Positions 29,671 through 38,109 of a stretch of DNA of 47,848 nt are shown one piece after another; the stretch's first letter is position 1, and every line of letters starts with the position of its first letter. The translations under genes were made by a program, and so were the position numbers. Below the pieces are notes generated by a model. That model saw only the letters and a list, made by a program, of their open reading frames with translations, searched no databases and was not told the origin of the DNA. This stretch comes from Candidatus Eiseniibacteriota bacterium (GTDB taxonomy: Bacteria > Eisenbacteria > RBG-16-71-46), in the NCBI GenBank assembly GCA_038231135.1, contig JBBRLX010000033.1, forward strand, positions 1 to 47,848. The letters are read 5' to 3'.

Positions 29671-30930
29671 ATGCCGAATACGCAGCCCATGCTCCGAGTG
29701 CTCCGGTTGTTCGTGATGCTCTTGGGCATCGCCGGCGCCACCGCCGCCGCGTTCGCCGGGCCGAACCTGCTGCGCAATCCCGGCTTCGAGGAGGGCATCC
29801 CCGGCCACGCCTGGATGCCCACGTTCTGGGACACATCCCGCACCGGACTGCCGTCGGTGTTCTTCGGCCGCGACACGTTGTCGCCGCACTCCGGCCAGTT
29901 CTCGGTCAACGTCGCGAACGTCAGCACGCGCGTGCCGATGGCGTACAACTGGAGTCAGGCGGTGATCGTGAGCCCCGACGCCTGGAACAAGGACGCGGTC
30001 TTCACGATCTGGACCCGCAGCAACGGCCTCGAGGGCCGCGCCTACATCCTGCTCCAGGCCTACCGCGACACGGTCTCCAAGATGGCCATGACGTGGGGCG
30101 TCGAGCGCGATGAGGGGCTGCGGCGCCTGCACATCACCCAGATCGACGATCCGCTGGTCGATCTGGGGTGGAACCGGCTGCAGTTCACCGACACGGAAAC
30201 GGGCTGGGTGAAGCGCGAAGTGCGGGTGTTCGTGCCGCCGAGCGTGAACATGCTGTTCGTGCGCGGCGGAGTGCTGGGCACCGGTCAGGTGATGTTCGAC
30301 GACGCGAGCCTCACGCTCGAGACCGCGCTACCAGCGCCCGAGTTGCCGCTCCACACCAATCTGTTGAAGGATCCCGGATTCGAAGGTGACGGCACCGATT
30401 GGGAGCTGTCGCTGCCACCCTACCCGGACACGCAGGTCGAGAAGGACGAGACGGTGAAGCACGGTGGCAACGCCTCCGTGCGCATCGAAGGCCACACCGG
30501 CATGGTCGACGGGCGAGCCGGCGTATGCCAGGTGATCTGCAATCACAACATCGCCGGCAAGCGCGTGCGGATCTCGGCGTGGGTGAAGACCGACAGCCTG
30601 CACAACGCCGCGTTCCTCAAAGTCTACGCCCACGGCATGGGCGAGCCCTACTCCTATCCCGGCTGGGAACAATTCTCGGGAACGCACCCATGGACACGCA
30701 CGCAGTTCGAGGTGGACATCCCGAACGACGCGTACGTGATGTGGGTGTGGTTCCTCGACACGATTCCGGCGGAGGGCCGCGCGTGGTTCGACGACATGTC
30801 GGCCGAAGTGCTGGGGCCGGCCACCGGCGTGATCGGCCCGGGGCCCAATGCGCCGGCTACTCCACCCGTCAACCTCCCGCCCGCCGGGCGGCCGGCCGCC
30901 CGAAAGTCCGGGAGCAAAGCAAAGACCTGA
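29671..30930 (+). CDS. Secreted protein with two tandem galactose-binding/CBM4-9-like domains
   Basis: Signal peptide; duplicated NLLRNPGFE/NLLKDPGFE starts and FDD ends. Confidence 0.75.
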   Translation: MPNTQPMLRVLRLFVMLLGIAGATAAAFAGPNLLRNPGFEEGIPGHAWMPTFWDTSRTGLPSVFFGRDTLSPHSGQFSVNVANVSTRVPMAYNWSQAVIVSPDAWNKDAVFTIWTRSNGLEGRAYILLQAYRDTVSKMAMTWGVERDEGLRRLHITQIDDPLVDLGWNRLQFTDTETGWVKREVRVFVPPSVNMLFVRGGVLGTGQVMFDDASLTLETALPAPELPLHTNLLKDPGFEGDGTDWELSLPPYPDTQVEKDETVKHGGNASVRIEGHTGMVDGRAGVCQVICNHNIAGKRVRISAWVKTDSLHNAAFLKVYAHGMGEPYSYPGWEQFSGTHPWTRTQFEVDIPNDAYVMWVWFLDTIPAEGRAWFDDMSAEVLGPATGVIGPGPNAPATPPVNLPPAGRPAARKSGSKAKT

Positions 30931-31013
30931 GGCTCGGGCGTGGCGCTGGAGCGCATCCCAACGGGTTCGCTTCCGCGCCGCGCCGCGTTCAAGGTCGAAT
31001 ACGTGATCGGGTC

Positions 31014-31042
31014 TTGACAGGCACGGGGACCGCGCCCATCCT
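31014..31042 (+). promoter_or_regulatory. Putative sigma70 promoter with no downstream same-strand CDS
   Basis: TTGACA-N17-CATCCT. Confidence 0.6.
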
Positions 31043-31046
31043 GTTT

Positions 31047-31340
31047 TTGCAGCTGGGCAGAAAGTACTCCTTGGCAGGGAGCTTTCCGACCGGAACCGAG
31101 AACGCGCTCGCTGCGCGCGTTCTGTCACATTCGGGCCTTATGGCGAACTCGAGCGAGGGTTGCCGGAATCCCGACTGGGCCACGCGGGAATGGAGCTGCA
31201 ATGCGCGCGATTCATCCGCCCAGGATGATGCCCTCTCGACGCGTGAGTGGGACGGATCCCCTCCCTCCTAACCACTCGAAGCGGACCGCTGCACCGGGCA
31301 GCGGTGTGTTTGGGTCGTCGATTGCATCGTGCGCAAGCTG
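31047..31340 (+). ncRNA. Candidate orphan structured ncRNA (two multibranch domains)
   Basis: Begins at the predicted TSS; closing helices TTGCAGCT/AGCTGCAA and TGCGCGCGAT/ATCGTGCGCA with several nested hairpins; lies between convergent genes. Confidence 0.6.
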
Positions 31341-31395
31341 GGCGCCGGACCTCCCCCGCGTCCGCCGATCCCCCCCTGCCGTCACCGCCCCCTGA

Positions 31396-32352
31396 TCACA
31401 GCCAGTTGTTGCGCTTGAGGTACCACCAGGTGGCGCCCGCGGTCGCCGCGCACAGTCCCACGATGTAGATCAGCGGGTGCTTGAACTGATATTCGTGGAA
31501 TTGGAAGTTCATGCCGTACCAGCTCGTGATCAGCGTGAGCGGCAGGCCGATGGTGGCGATGATCGTGAGCCGCTTGATGATCTCGTTGAGCCGGTTCGAG
31601 GTCATCGAGACGTGCAGGTCGAGCAGCGAGCTGGTCTCGTCACGGAACGAATCCAGCAGGTCGCTCACCCGCGCCATGCGATCGAACACGTCCCGCAGAT
31701 AGGGCCGCATGGCGGGCGGGATCGGCACGAATTCGTCGCGGGTCAGCGCCAGCACGGTGTCGCGCTGCGGGCCGACGATGCGCCGCAGCGCCGACATGCC
31801 GCGCTTGAGCTGCAGGATCTGGCGGTTCGGCGGCAGTTGATCGACCTCGAACAGCTTCTCCTCGAGCTCGTCCAGCTCCTCCGACACGCGGTCGACGATC
31901 GGCATGTACTGGTCGACCAGCGCGTCGAGGATGAAATGCAGCACGTGCACCGGCCCGTCGCGCAGCAGCTCGGACCGGCGCGGCAGCACCTCGTGCGCGG
32001 CCTCGATCGAGCGCGGCTGGCCCTCGTGATACGTGATCAGGAAACGTTCCCCGAGCACGATGTCGATCTCCCGGAGGAACGGCTTGTCCTCGTCCCAGCG
32101 CGCCGAATGCATCACCAGGTAGATGTAGCTCCCATAGTTGTCCACCTTGGGCCGGTTGATCTGCACCATCATGTCCTCGCGGACGAGCGGGTGGATCTGG
32201 AGGATCTCGAGGACTTCGTCCGCGCAGCGGTCGGGCTCGTCGGCGAAGTCCATCCACGCGAGACCGGTGCCCGCGGCCGCCGCGCGCGCCGCTTCGACCG
32301 GGGAGCTCGCGGCGACGGTGCCGCCGTTCGTCACGAGATACGCGCGGATCAC
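31396..32352 (-). CDS. corA: CorA-family magnesium transporter
   Basis: IHPL, RPKVD, YLRDVFD, NEIIKRLT, YGMNF signature. Confidence 0.92.
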   Translation of the reverse strand: MIRAYLVTNGGTVAASSPVEAARAAAAGTGLAWMDFADEPDRCADEVLEILQIHPLVREDMMVQINRPKVDNYGSYIYLVMHSARWDEDKPFLREIDIVLGERFLITYHEGQPRSIEAAHEVLPRRSELLRDGPVHVLHFILDALVDQYMPIVDRVSEELDELEEKLFEVDQLPPNRQILQLKRGMSALRRIVGPQRDTVLALTRDEFVPIPPAMRPYLRDVFDRMARVSDLLDSFRDETSSLLDLHVSMTSNRLNEIIKRLTIIATIGLPLTLITSWYGMNFQFHEYQFKHPLIYIVGLCAATAGATWWYLKRNNWL

Positions 32353-33272
32353 GACGCCCGCCCCGCGCCACGCGCAGCCGCGAGCCGCAGCGCCATGCGG
32401 CAGGTGGCGGCCTGGATGCGCACCGTATCGGCGCGGTCGCGCGCGTAGCCGCCGCCCAGCGTGACCACCACCGGGATGCCGCGCGCATCGCAGCCCTCGA
32501 GCACGCGCGCGTCGCGGGCCGCGAGGCCGTCGACGGTGAGCGACAGTCCGCCGAGCAGATCCTCGCGATAGGGATCGGCGCCCGCCTGATACAGCACGAT
32601 GTCCGGCGCGAACTCCCACACCCGTTCCAGCGCCGGATCGAGGGCGGCGAGATACTCCGCGTCCTCGCTGCGGTCCGGCAGGCCGACGTCGAGCGTGCTG
32701 CGCTGCTTGGGCACCGGATAGTTGTTCTCCTGGTGGAGCGACAGCGTGAACACGTGATCGTCGTGGGCGAAGATGCCGGCGGTGCCGTTGCCCTGGTGGA
32801 CGTCGAGGTCCACGACCGCCGCGCGCGCCACCTGCCGGTCGCGCAGCAGCACGCGGATCGCGACCGCGAGGTCGTTGATGTAGCAGAAGCCCTCGGCACG
32901 CTCCGCGAACGCGTGATGGAAGCCGCCGCCGATGTTGATCCCGAATCCGTGCTCGAGCGCCGAGCGCGCGGCCAGCGTGGTGCCGCCGGCGGCGTACCGA
33001 TACGCCCGCACGATGTCGCGCGACAGCGGCAGCTCGGACGGCTGCGTGCGCGGCGTCCAGCGGAGCTGGTCGAGATCGTCGAGATACTCGGCGCCGTGCA
33101 CCAGCAGCAGATCCTCGCGCGGCGGCAGCGGCGGCGGCACGATCGTGGCGGCGCCGACGTCGCCAGCCGCGACCAGCGCGTCACGGATCAGCCGGTACTT
33201 CTCGACCGGGAACACGTGCGGTCCGATGTCGCACAGGTACTCGCTGCCGTACACCACCGCCGCCGGGCTCAT
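32349..33272 (-). CDS. Histone deacetylase-family (HDAC11/AcuC-like) protein
   Basis: GGGFHHA, GFCYIND, DLDVHQGNGT, YQAGAD, LGGGY. Confidence 0.93.
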   Translation of the reverse strand: MSPAAVVYGSEYLCDIGPHVFPVEKYRLIRDALVAAGDVGAATIVPPPLPPREDLLLVHGAEYLDDLDQLRWTPRTQPSELPLSRDIVRAYRYAAGGTTLAARSALEHGFGINIGGGFHHAFAERAEGFCYINDLAVAIRVLLRDRQVARAAVVDLDVHQGNGTAGIFAHDDHVFTLSLHQENNYPVPKQRSTLDVGLPDRSEDAEYLAALDPALERVWEFAPDIVLYQAGADPYREDLLGGLSLTVDGLAARDARVLEGCDARGIPVVVTLGGGYARDRADTVRIQAATCRMALRLAAARGAGRAS

Positions 33273-33300
33273 GGCGTGAGGGTGCCACCGCGGCGCACCC

Positions 33301-33332
33301 GCTCGCAATGCGGGCTCGCAATGCGGGCTCGC
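33301..33332. repeat. 13-bp tandem repeat (about 2.5 copies) in a divergent promoter region
   Basis: GCTCGCAATGCGG GCTCGCAATGCGG GCTCGC. Confidence 0.8.
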
Positions 33333-33367
33333 GGCGTGGCGCGATTCCCGGTAGTGTCGGGCCATCC

Positions 33368-34591
33368 ATGACCGACGATCGCGCGCTGGATCCCGCCTTC
33401 CGACGGCTGCGACGCGCGCTGCTGCAGCGGCGGCTCTACCGGCTCGATCTGCGGCTGCGCGCCGAGATCGCACTGCTCGCGATCGTGGTCGCGGGCTTCG
33501 TATTCTGGCAGGAGCGCATCCCGTTCGATGCGGCGCGGCGTGCTCGCGGCCCGTGGGCGGTGGCCGGCGCGCTCGGCACACTGCTCGGGATCCTGGCGGT
33601 GGGATCGGCCGCGGTCGTCGCCGCCAGTCACCGCAGCCGCCTCCGGGCCGAGTTGCCGGGACCGGCGTGGCTCGCACTGCCGGTGCCCGCCGCGAGGCTG
33701 CTCGACCATATGGCGTGGGAGTCGCGGTTCGGCGCGCTGTGGGGCGTCGCCCTGGCGCCGGGGCTCGTGGCCGCGGCGTACGGTTTCCTGCCGCTGTGGG
33801 CGCTGCTCGCGATGTCCATGGCGTTCCTCGCGATGACCTGGCTGCTGGCCCGCGCCGCCACCGCAGTCGCGGCCTCGAGCGCGGTCCGCGCGCGTCGCGC
33901 CGGGCGTAGCGGGGACCCGGCGCTCGACCTGCTGCTCGAGGCCCGGCCGCTCGCCGCCCGCCGCCGCCTCAAGCCCGCCGGCTGGCGGCGCCTGCCGCGG
34001 TGGCTCGCGCTGTGGGCCAAGGACGCGCGGCTCACGGTGCGCCCCACGCCGGCGCGGGTGCGGCTGTTCGGCCCGCTCGTGGCCATGATCGCGTCGTGCG
34101 TGGTGTGGCTGCTGCCGCTGGAGCCACCGTTCGCGCGGCTGATCGCGTTCGGGGCAGCGCTCGTGGCCGCCGCGCTGCTGGCGGAGTTCCTGATCGCGCT
34201 CGGCGGCGCCGATCCGCCCGGACTGCTGCGCGTGCTGCCGGTCGGCGTCGGCGCGGTGTGGCTCGGGCGGGTGATGTGGGCGCTGCTCGGCGCCGCGGTG
34301 CTGGTGGCGGGACAGGCGGTGTTCGCCCGCGCGATCTCGGGCCCCGCGCAGCAGGTGCTGATGGTGTGGCTCGGCGCCGCGGCGCTCGCGATCGGCCTGC
34401 TCGGCGTCCACTACGGCATCACGCTGGGCGCGAACGCCCCCGCCGCGCAGCGGTTGCTCACGCTCACGCTGGCGATCTCGATGGCGGCGAGCCTGATGAT
34501 CCCGCTCGTGGGCTGGATCGTGCTCCTCACCGCGGTGGTGCACTCCGCGCGCCGCGTGCCGCGCTGGGCGCGGATCGAGGACGAGCGATGA
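33368..34591 (+). CDS. Multi-pass membrane protein, probable ABC permease
   Basis: About 10 hydrophobic segments, ALWAKD motif, ATGA overlap with the downstream ATPase. Confidence 0.75.
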   Translation: MTDDRALDPAFRRLRRALLQRRLYRLDLRLRAEIALLAIVVAGFVFWQERIPFDAARRARGPWAVAGALGTLLGILAVGSAAVVAASHRSRLRAELPGPAWLALPVPAARLLDHMAWESRFGALWGVALAPGLVAAAYGFLPLWALLAMSMAFLAMTWLLARAATAVAASSAVRARRAGRSGDPALDLLLEARPLAARRRLKPAGWRRLPRWLALWAKDARLTVRPTPARVRLFGPLVAMIASCVVWLLPLEPPFARLIAFGAALVAAALLAEFLIALGGADPPGLLRVLPVGVGAVWLGRVMWALLGAAVLVAGQAVFARAISGPAQQVLMVWLGAAALAIGLLGVHYGITLGANAPAAQRLLTLTLAISMAASLMIPLVGWIVLLTAVVHSARRVPRWARIEDER

Positions 34592-35340
34592 TCGACGTGG
34601 TGGAGCTCGGCCGCCGCTACGGCGAACTCGTGGCGCTCGACGGAGTATCGTTCACCGTGCAGGGCGGCGAGGTGGTCGGGCTGCTCGGCGCCAACGGCGC
34701 CGGCAAGAGCACGCTGCTGCGGACCGCGGCGGGGCTGCAGGCCCCGGATCACGGCGGGGTGCGGATCGCGGGCGTGGACCTGTGGACCGATCCCGTGCCG
34801 GCGAAGCAACGGCTCGGCTACGCGTCCGAGGAGCCGGTGTTCTACGAGGAGCTGTCGGCCGACGAATACCTGGCGTTCGTGAGCACGCTGCGCGGCCTCG
34901 ACCCCGCGGTGGCGCGCGCACGCACGCAGGACCTGGCGGAGCGGTTCGGACTCGCGCCGCGTATGCACGAGCCGGTGCGCCAGTACTCCCACGGCATGCG
35001 CAAGAAACTGTCGTTCCTCGCCGCGATCGTGCACCGTCCGGCGGCGCTGCTGTGCGACGAGGCGCTCGAGGGCTTCGACGCCGAGGCGGCGCTCGCGGCC
35101 AAGGACGAGTTGCGCACGCTGGCCGCGACCGGCTGCGCGGTGCTGTTCTCGAGCCACGTCACGGAAACCATCGAACGACTGTGCGACCGCGTGATCCTGC
35201 TGCACAAGGGCCGCGTGGCGCGGACGCTGGCGCGCGCGGACTGGGGCAGCACGAGCTCGGAGTTGTCGGCGCTGGAGAAGGCGTTTTTGGAAGTGGTGCG
35301 GGCCCCGAAAGCTGCGGACGGATCCCGGGACAAAGCGTAG
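34588..35340 (+). CDS. ABC transporter ATP-binding protein
   Basis: GANGAGKST, YSHGMRKK, LLCDE, FSSH. Confidence 0.9.
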   Translation: MIDVVELGRRYGELVALDGVSFTVQGGEVVGLLGANGAGKSTLLRTAAGLQAPDHGGVRIAGVDLWTDPVPAKQRLGYASEEPVFYEELSADEYLAFVSTLRGLDPAVARARTQDLAERFGLAPRMHEPVRQYSHGMRKKLSFLAAIVHRPAALLCDEALEGFDAEAALAAKDELRTLAATGCAVLFSSHVTETIERLCDRVILLHKGRVARTLARADWGSTSSELSALEKAFLEVVRAPKAADGSRDKA

Positions 35341-35615
35341 ACTTCGTGAGTCGAATCCCCCACGGAGCCGCGACGTTCGCGTGTGCGGGACTGAGCCCGG
35401 CGCCGGCTCGGTGTTCTGCCCTTCCCGGTCGGTCGTCGCCAACGTCACGAATGCTGGCGGAACGACGACCCTGCGTGATCGAGTAGAGTGAACACGTGTT
35501 CGGCCCGTCCCTGACTTCGTGACATTCGGCACATCGAGACGATTGACGGGCCAAGTTCCCCTGCGCGAAGGTGACGACCTCGACTCCTTCGGCTGAGGCG
35601 GAGGCATAACCCGTC

Positions 35616-36383
35616 ATGCTGCGCAGAATCATGAGATGGGCCCGGCGTATCCCCGCTTCGACCCCGCATGACCTCGAGAACTTCGACCGCCTCGCCCCCG
35701 CGGGTGGCGAGCTCTACCGCATGTTCCAGGAACACTTGGCGGGCGACCTGCATAAGTGGCATCACTACTTCCCCATCTATGAACGGTATTTCGCGCGGTT
35801 TCGCGGCCAGTCCGTGTCGATCCTCGAGATCGGCGTGTCGCTCGGCGGCAGCGCCCGCCTGTGGCGCCGCTATTTCGGCCCGCAGGCGCGCGTCACCGGT
35901 ATCGACGTGGATCCCGCGTGCGCGCGCCACGCCGGGGACGGCATCGCGATCTTCATCGGCGATCAGGCCGACCCGGAGTTCCTGGCCCGCGTGGCCCGGG
36001 AGCGCGGGCCGTTCGACATCGTGATCGACGACGGCGGCCATACCACCCGGCAGCAACTGGTGAGCTTCGAGACGCTGCTGCCCGAGGTGAAGAACGGCGG
36101 CGTCTACCTGGTGGAGGATCTCCATTCCAACCTGTGGCCAGCGTTCTTCGACAATGCGCTGGGCGTGTCTTTTCTGGATGTGGCGTCTCGGATGGCGGAG
36201 AAGCTCACCTGGTGGCACAAGGACGAGGCGTCCTACGAGCGCTACGGCAAGCCGGTCGGCGACCGAGCGGGGTCGGTGGCGGTCCCGGCGATCACGCGCT
36301 CGATCGCGTCAGTCGCGTTTTACGACAGCGTCGTGGTGTTCGAGAAGCAGGAGATCGGCGAGCCGCGCCACGAGGTTCGGTAG
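35616..36383 (+). CDS. Class I SAM-dependent methyltransferase
   Basis: HKWHHYF, ILEIGV..GGS, GIDVD, GDQAD, FDIVIDDGGH, YLVEDLH. Confidence 0.9.
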   Translation: MLRRIMRWARRIPASTPHDLENFDRLAPAGGELYRMFQEHLAGDLHKWHHYFPIYERYFARFRGQSVSILEIGVSLGGSARLWRRYFGPQARVTGIDVDPACARHAGDGIAIFIGDQADPEFLARVARERGPFDIVIDDGGHTTRQQLVSFETLLPEVKNGGVYLVEDLHSNLWPAFFDNALGVSFLDVASRMAEKLTWWHKDEASYERYGKPVGDRAGSVAVPAITRSIASVAFYDSVVVFEKQEIGEPRHEVR

Positions 36384-36442
36384 GTGGCTGAAACAGCCGC
36401 TATCCGAGCTTGGACGCGCCACGAATCGCGGCGAGGCGCCCG

Positions 36443-37348
36443 TCACCTGCGGCCGGCGCCAACCCGCGCATCGTTCAGCGCACGCCACTCGACGACGGTC
36501 ACGCCGGCCAGGATCAGCGCGGCGCCCGCCCACCATGAGCCGCCGTAGCGCTCCCCCGCCGCGATTGCGAACATGATGGCGAACACCGGCTCGAGCGCGA
36601 ACAACAGCCCGATCCGGCCCGCAGTCAGCGAACGCTGCGCCACGATCTGCAGAAACGGCGCGAGCGTCGCGCCCGCCACCACGAGATAGGCGAGCCGCCA
36701 CGCGGTCGCCGGCGGCAAGTGGCGGAGCGCTTGGAACGGATGCGGCGCGAATGGCAGCACCGTCACCGCGACCACCAGCGCCTCGACCAGCGACAGTGCC
36801 AGCGGGTCCGCGAACCGCGCCTGCCGCGCCAGCGCCACGATCTGGAGCGCGTAGCTCAGCGCGCCCAGCAGTGTCCACAGCTCGCCGGGGCCCATGCGGA
36901 ACATCCCGTGCTCGGTCAGCAGCGCCGAGCCCGCGAGCGCGAGCACGATGCCGAGCGCGAGCACCGCCGTCGGCCGCTGCCGCAGCAGCGGCCACGCGAA
37001 CAGCGCCGCAAACAGCGTTCCCGTGCAGGTGAGGAACGCCGAGGTGCCGGCGCCGGTGCGCGAGAGGCCGTAGGCCTGGAACAAAAATCCGCCGGCCGCG
37101 CATAGACCGCCGGTGACGCCGCCGATCCACACGGCGCGCGTGAATCGCGGCCGCCGCCACGCGGCGATCAGCGCGAACAGCGTGGTCGCGAACGCGAAAC
37201 GCAGGAACACCAGGTCCGCGGGATCGAGCGCGTGCAGGCTGTCGCGGATCACGACGAACGTCGCGCCCCACAGCACGGTCGCCGCCAGCATGGCGGCCAG
37301 GCCGGTCCATTCGCGCGCCGCGGGCGATGCGGGGCGCGGCTCCGTCAT
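36443..37348 (-). CDS. DMT/EamA family transporter
   Basis: LWGATF, Q-x-YGL, LEPVFA; ten TM helices. Confidence 0.9.
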   Translation of the reverse strand: MTEPRPASPAAREWTGLAAMLAATVLWGATFVVIRDSLHALDPADLVFLRFAFATTLFALIAAWRRPRFTRAVWIGGVTGGLCAAGGFLFQAYGLSRTGAGTSAFLTCTGTLFAALFAWPLLRQRPTAVLALGIVLALAGSALLTEHGMFRMGPGELWTLLGALSYALQIVALARQARFADPLALSLVEALVVAVTVLPFAPHPFQALRHLPPATAWRLAYLVVAGATLAPFLQIVAQRSLTAGRIGLLFALEPVFAIMFAIAAGERYGGSWWAGAALILAGVTVVEWRALNDARVGAGRR

Positions 37349-37355
37349 GGCGTGA

Positions 37356-38006
37356 TTAGCCGCGCGCCCGGCGGCGCCGCCCGCCGGTCTTCTGCGCGAG
37401 CGCGAACGACAGGCTCTCGAATTCGAGCGTCATGTCGACGTTGCGCACGGTGACGTCCTTCGGCACGAACAGCTTGCGCGGCGCGAAATTGAGGATGCCG
37501 CGAATGCCGGCCTTCACGAACGCGTCCGCCACCTCCTGCGCCGCGGGCGCCGGCGTCGCGATCACGCCGATCTCGAACGCGCCGCGCGCCGCGGCGTCGG
37601 GGAGGCCGGCGATGTCGAGCACCGTGCGCGCTCCGATGCGCTTGCCGATCTGCGCGGGAGCGCGATCGAACACGGCGACGACGTCGAACCCCTGCTCCTC
37701 GAAGCCGCGATACGCGAGCAGCGCGAGCCCGATGTGCCCGGCGCCCACCACCGCCACGTTCCAGCGGCGCTCGAGCCCCAGGATCGCGCGGATCTCGGCG
37801 CGCAGGTGGGCGACGTTGTAGCCCAGCCCGCGCCGGCCGAACGAGCCGAAGTACGACAGATCCTTGCGCACCTGCGCCGAGGTCACGCCCTCGCGCTCCG
37901 CGAGCCGTTGGGACGAGATCATGCGCTTGCCCTCGGCGTCGACTTCCTCGAGCACGCGGTAGTAGTGCGAGAGGCGGCGCACGGTGGATTCGGAGATGTG
38001 GGTCAT
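37356..38006 (-). CDS. rex: Redox-sensing transcriptional repressor Rex
   Basis: TVRRLS, QVRKDLSYFGSFGRRGLGY, VVGAGHIG, ILNFAP. Confidence 0.96.
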   Translation of the reverse strand: MTHISESTVRRLSHYYRVLEEVDAEGKRMISSQRLAEREGVTSAQVRKDLSYFGSFGRRGLGYNVAHLRAEIRAILGLERRWNVAVVGAGHIGLALLAYRGFEEQGFDVVAVFDRAPAQIGKRIGARTVLDIAGLPDAAARGAFEIGVIATPAPAAQEVADAFVKAGIRGILNFAPRKLFVPKDVTVRNVDMTLEFESLSFALAQKTGGRRRRARG

Positions 38007-38033
38007 GCGTTGCGGATCCGGCGGCGGCGCCCC

Positions 38034-38051
38034 ATGTGAATCGATTCACAA
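38034..38051. promoter_or_regulatory. Rex operator (autoregulation)
   Basis: Perfect palindrome TGTGAA-TCGA-TTCACA matching the Rex consensus TTGTGAA-N4-TTCACAA, 28 nt upstream of the rex start. Confidence 0.85.
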
Positions 38052-38109
38052 CCAGGTCCGGCGCAACGGGGCGTCCCTGCCAGGGAACGCCCCGGGGCTG
38101 GCGGCTGCT

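Noticed and set aside
35365..35391. Group II intron domain V-like hairpin (GAGCCG...TTCG...GCGG) or SAH riboswitch
   Set aside because: The 3' strand does not pair with the AGC triad, there is no domain VI or RT gene, and the SAH consensus is absent.
35489..35502. Palindrome GAACACGTGTTC as parS
   Set aside because: Flanks do not match TGTTNCACGTGAAACA.
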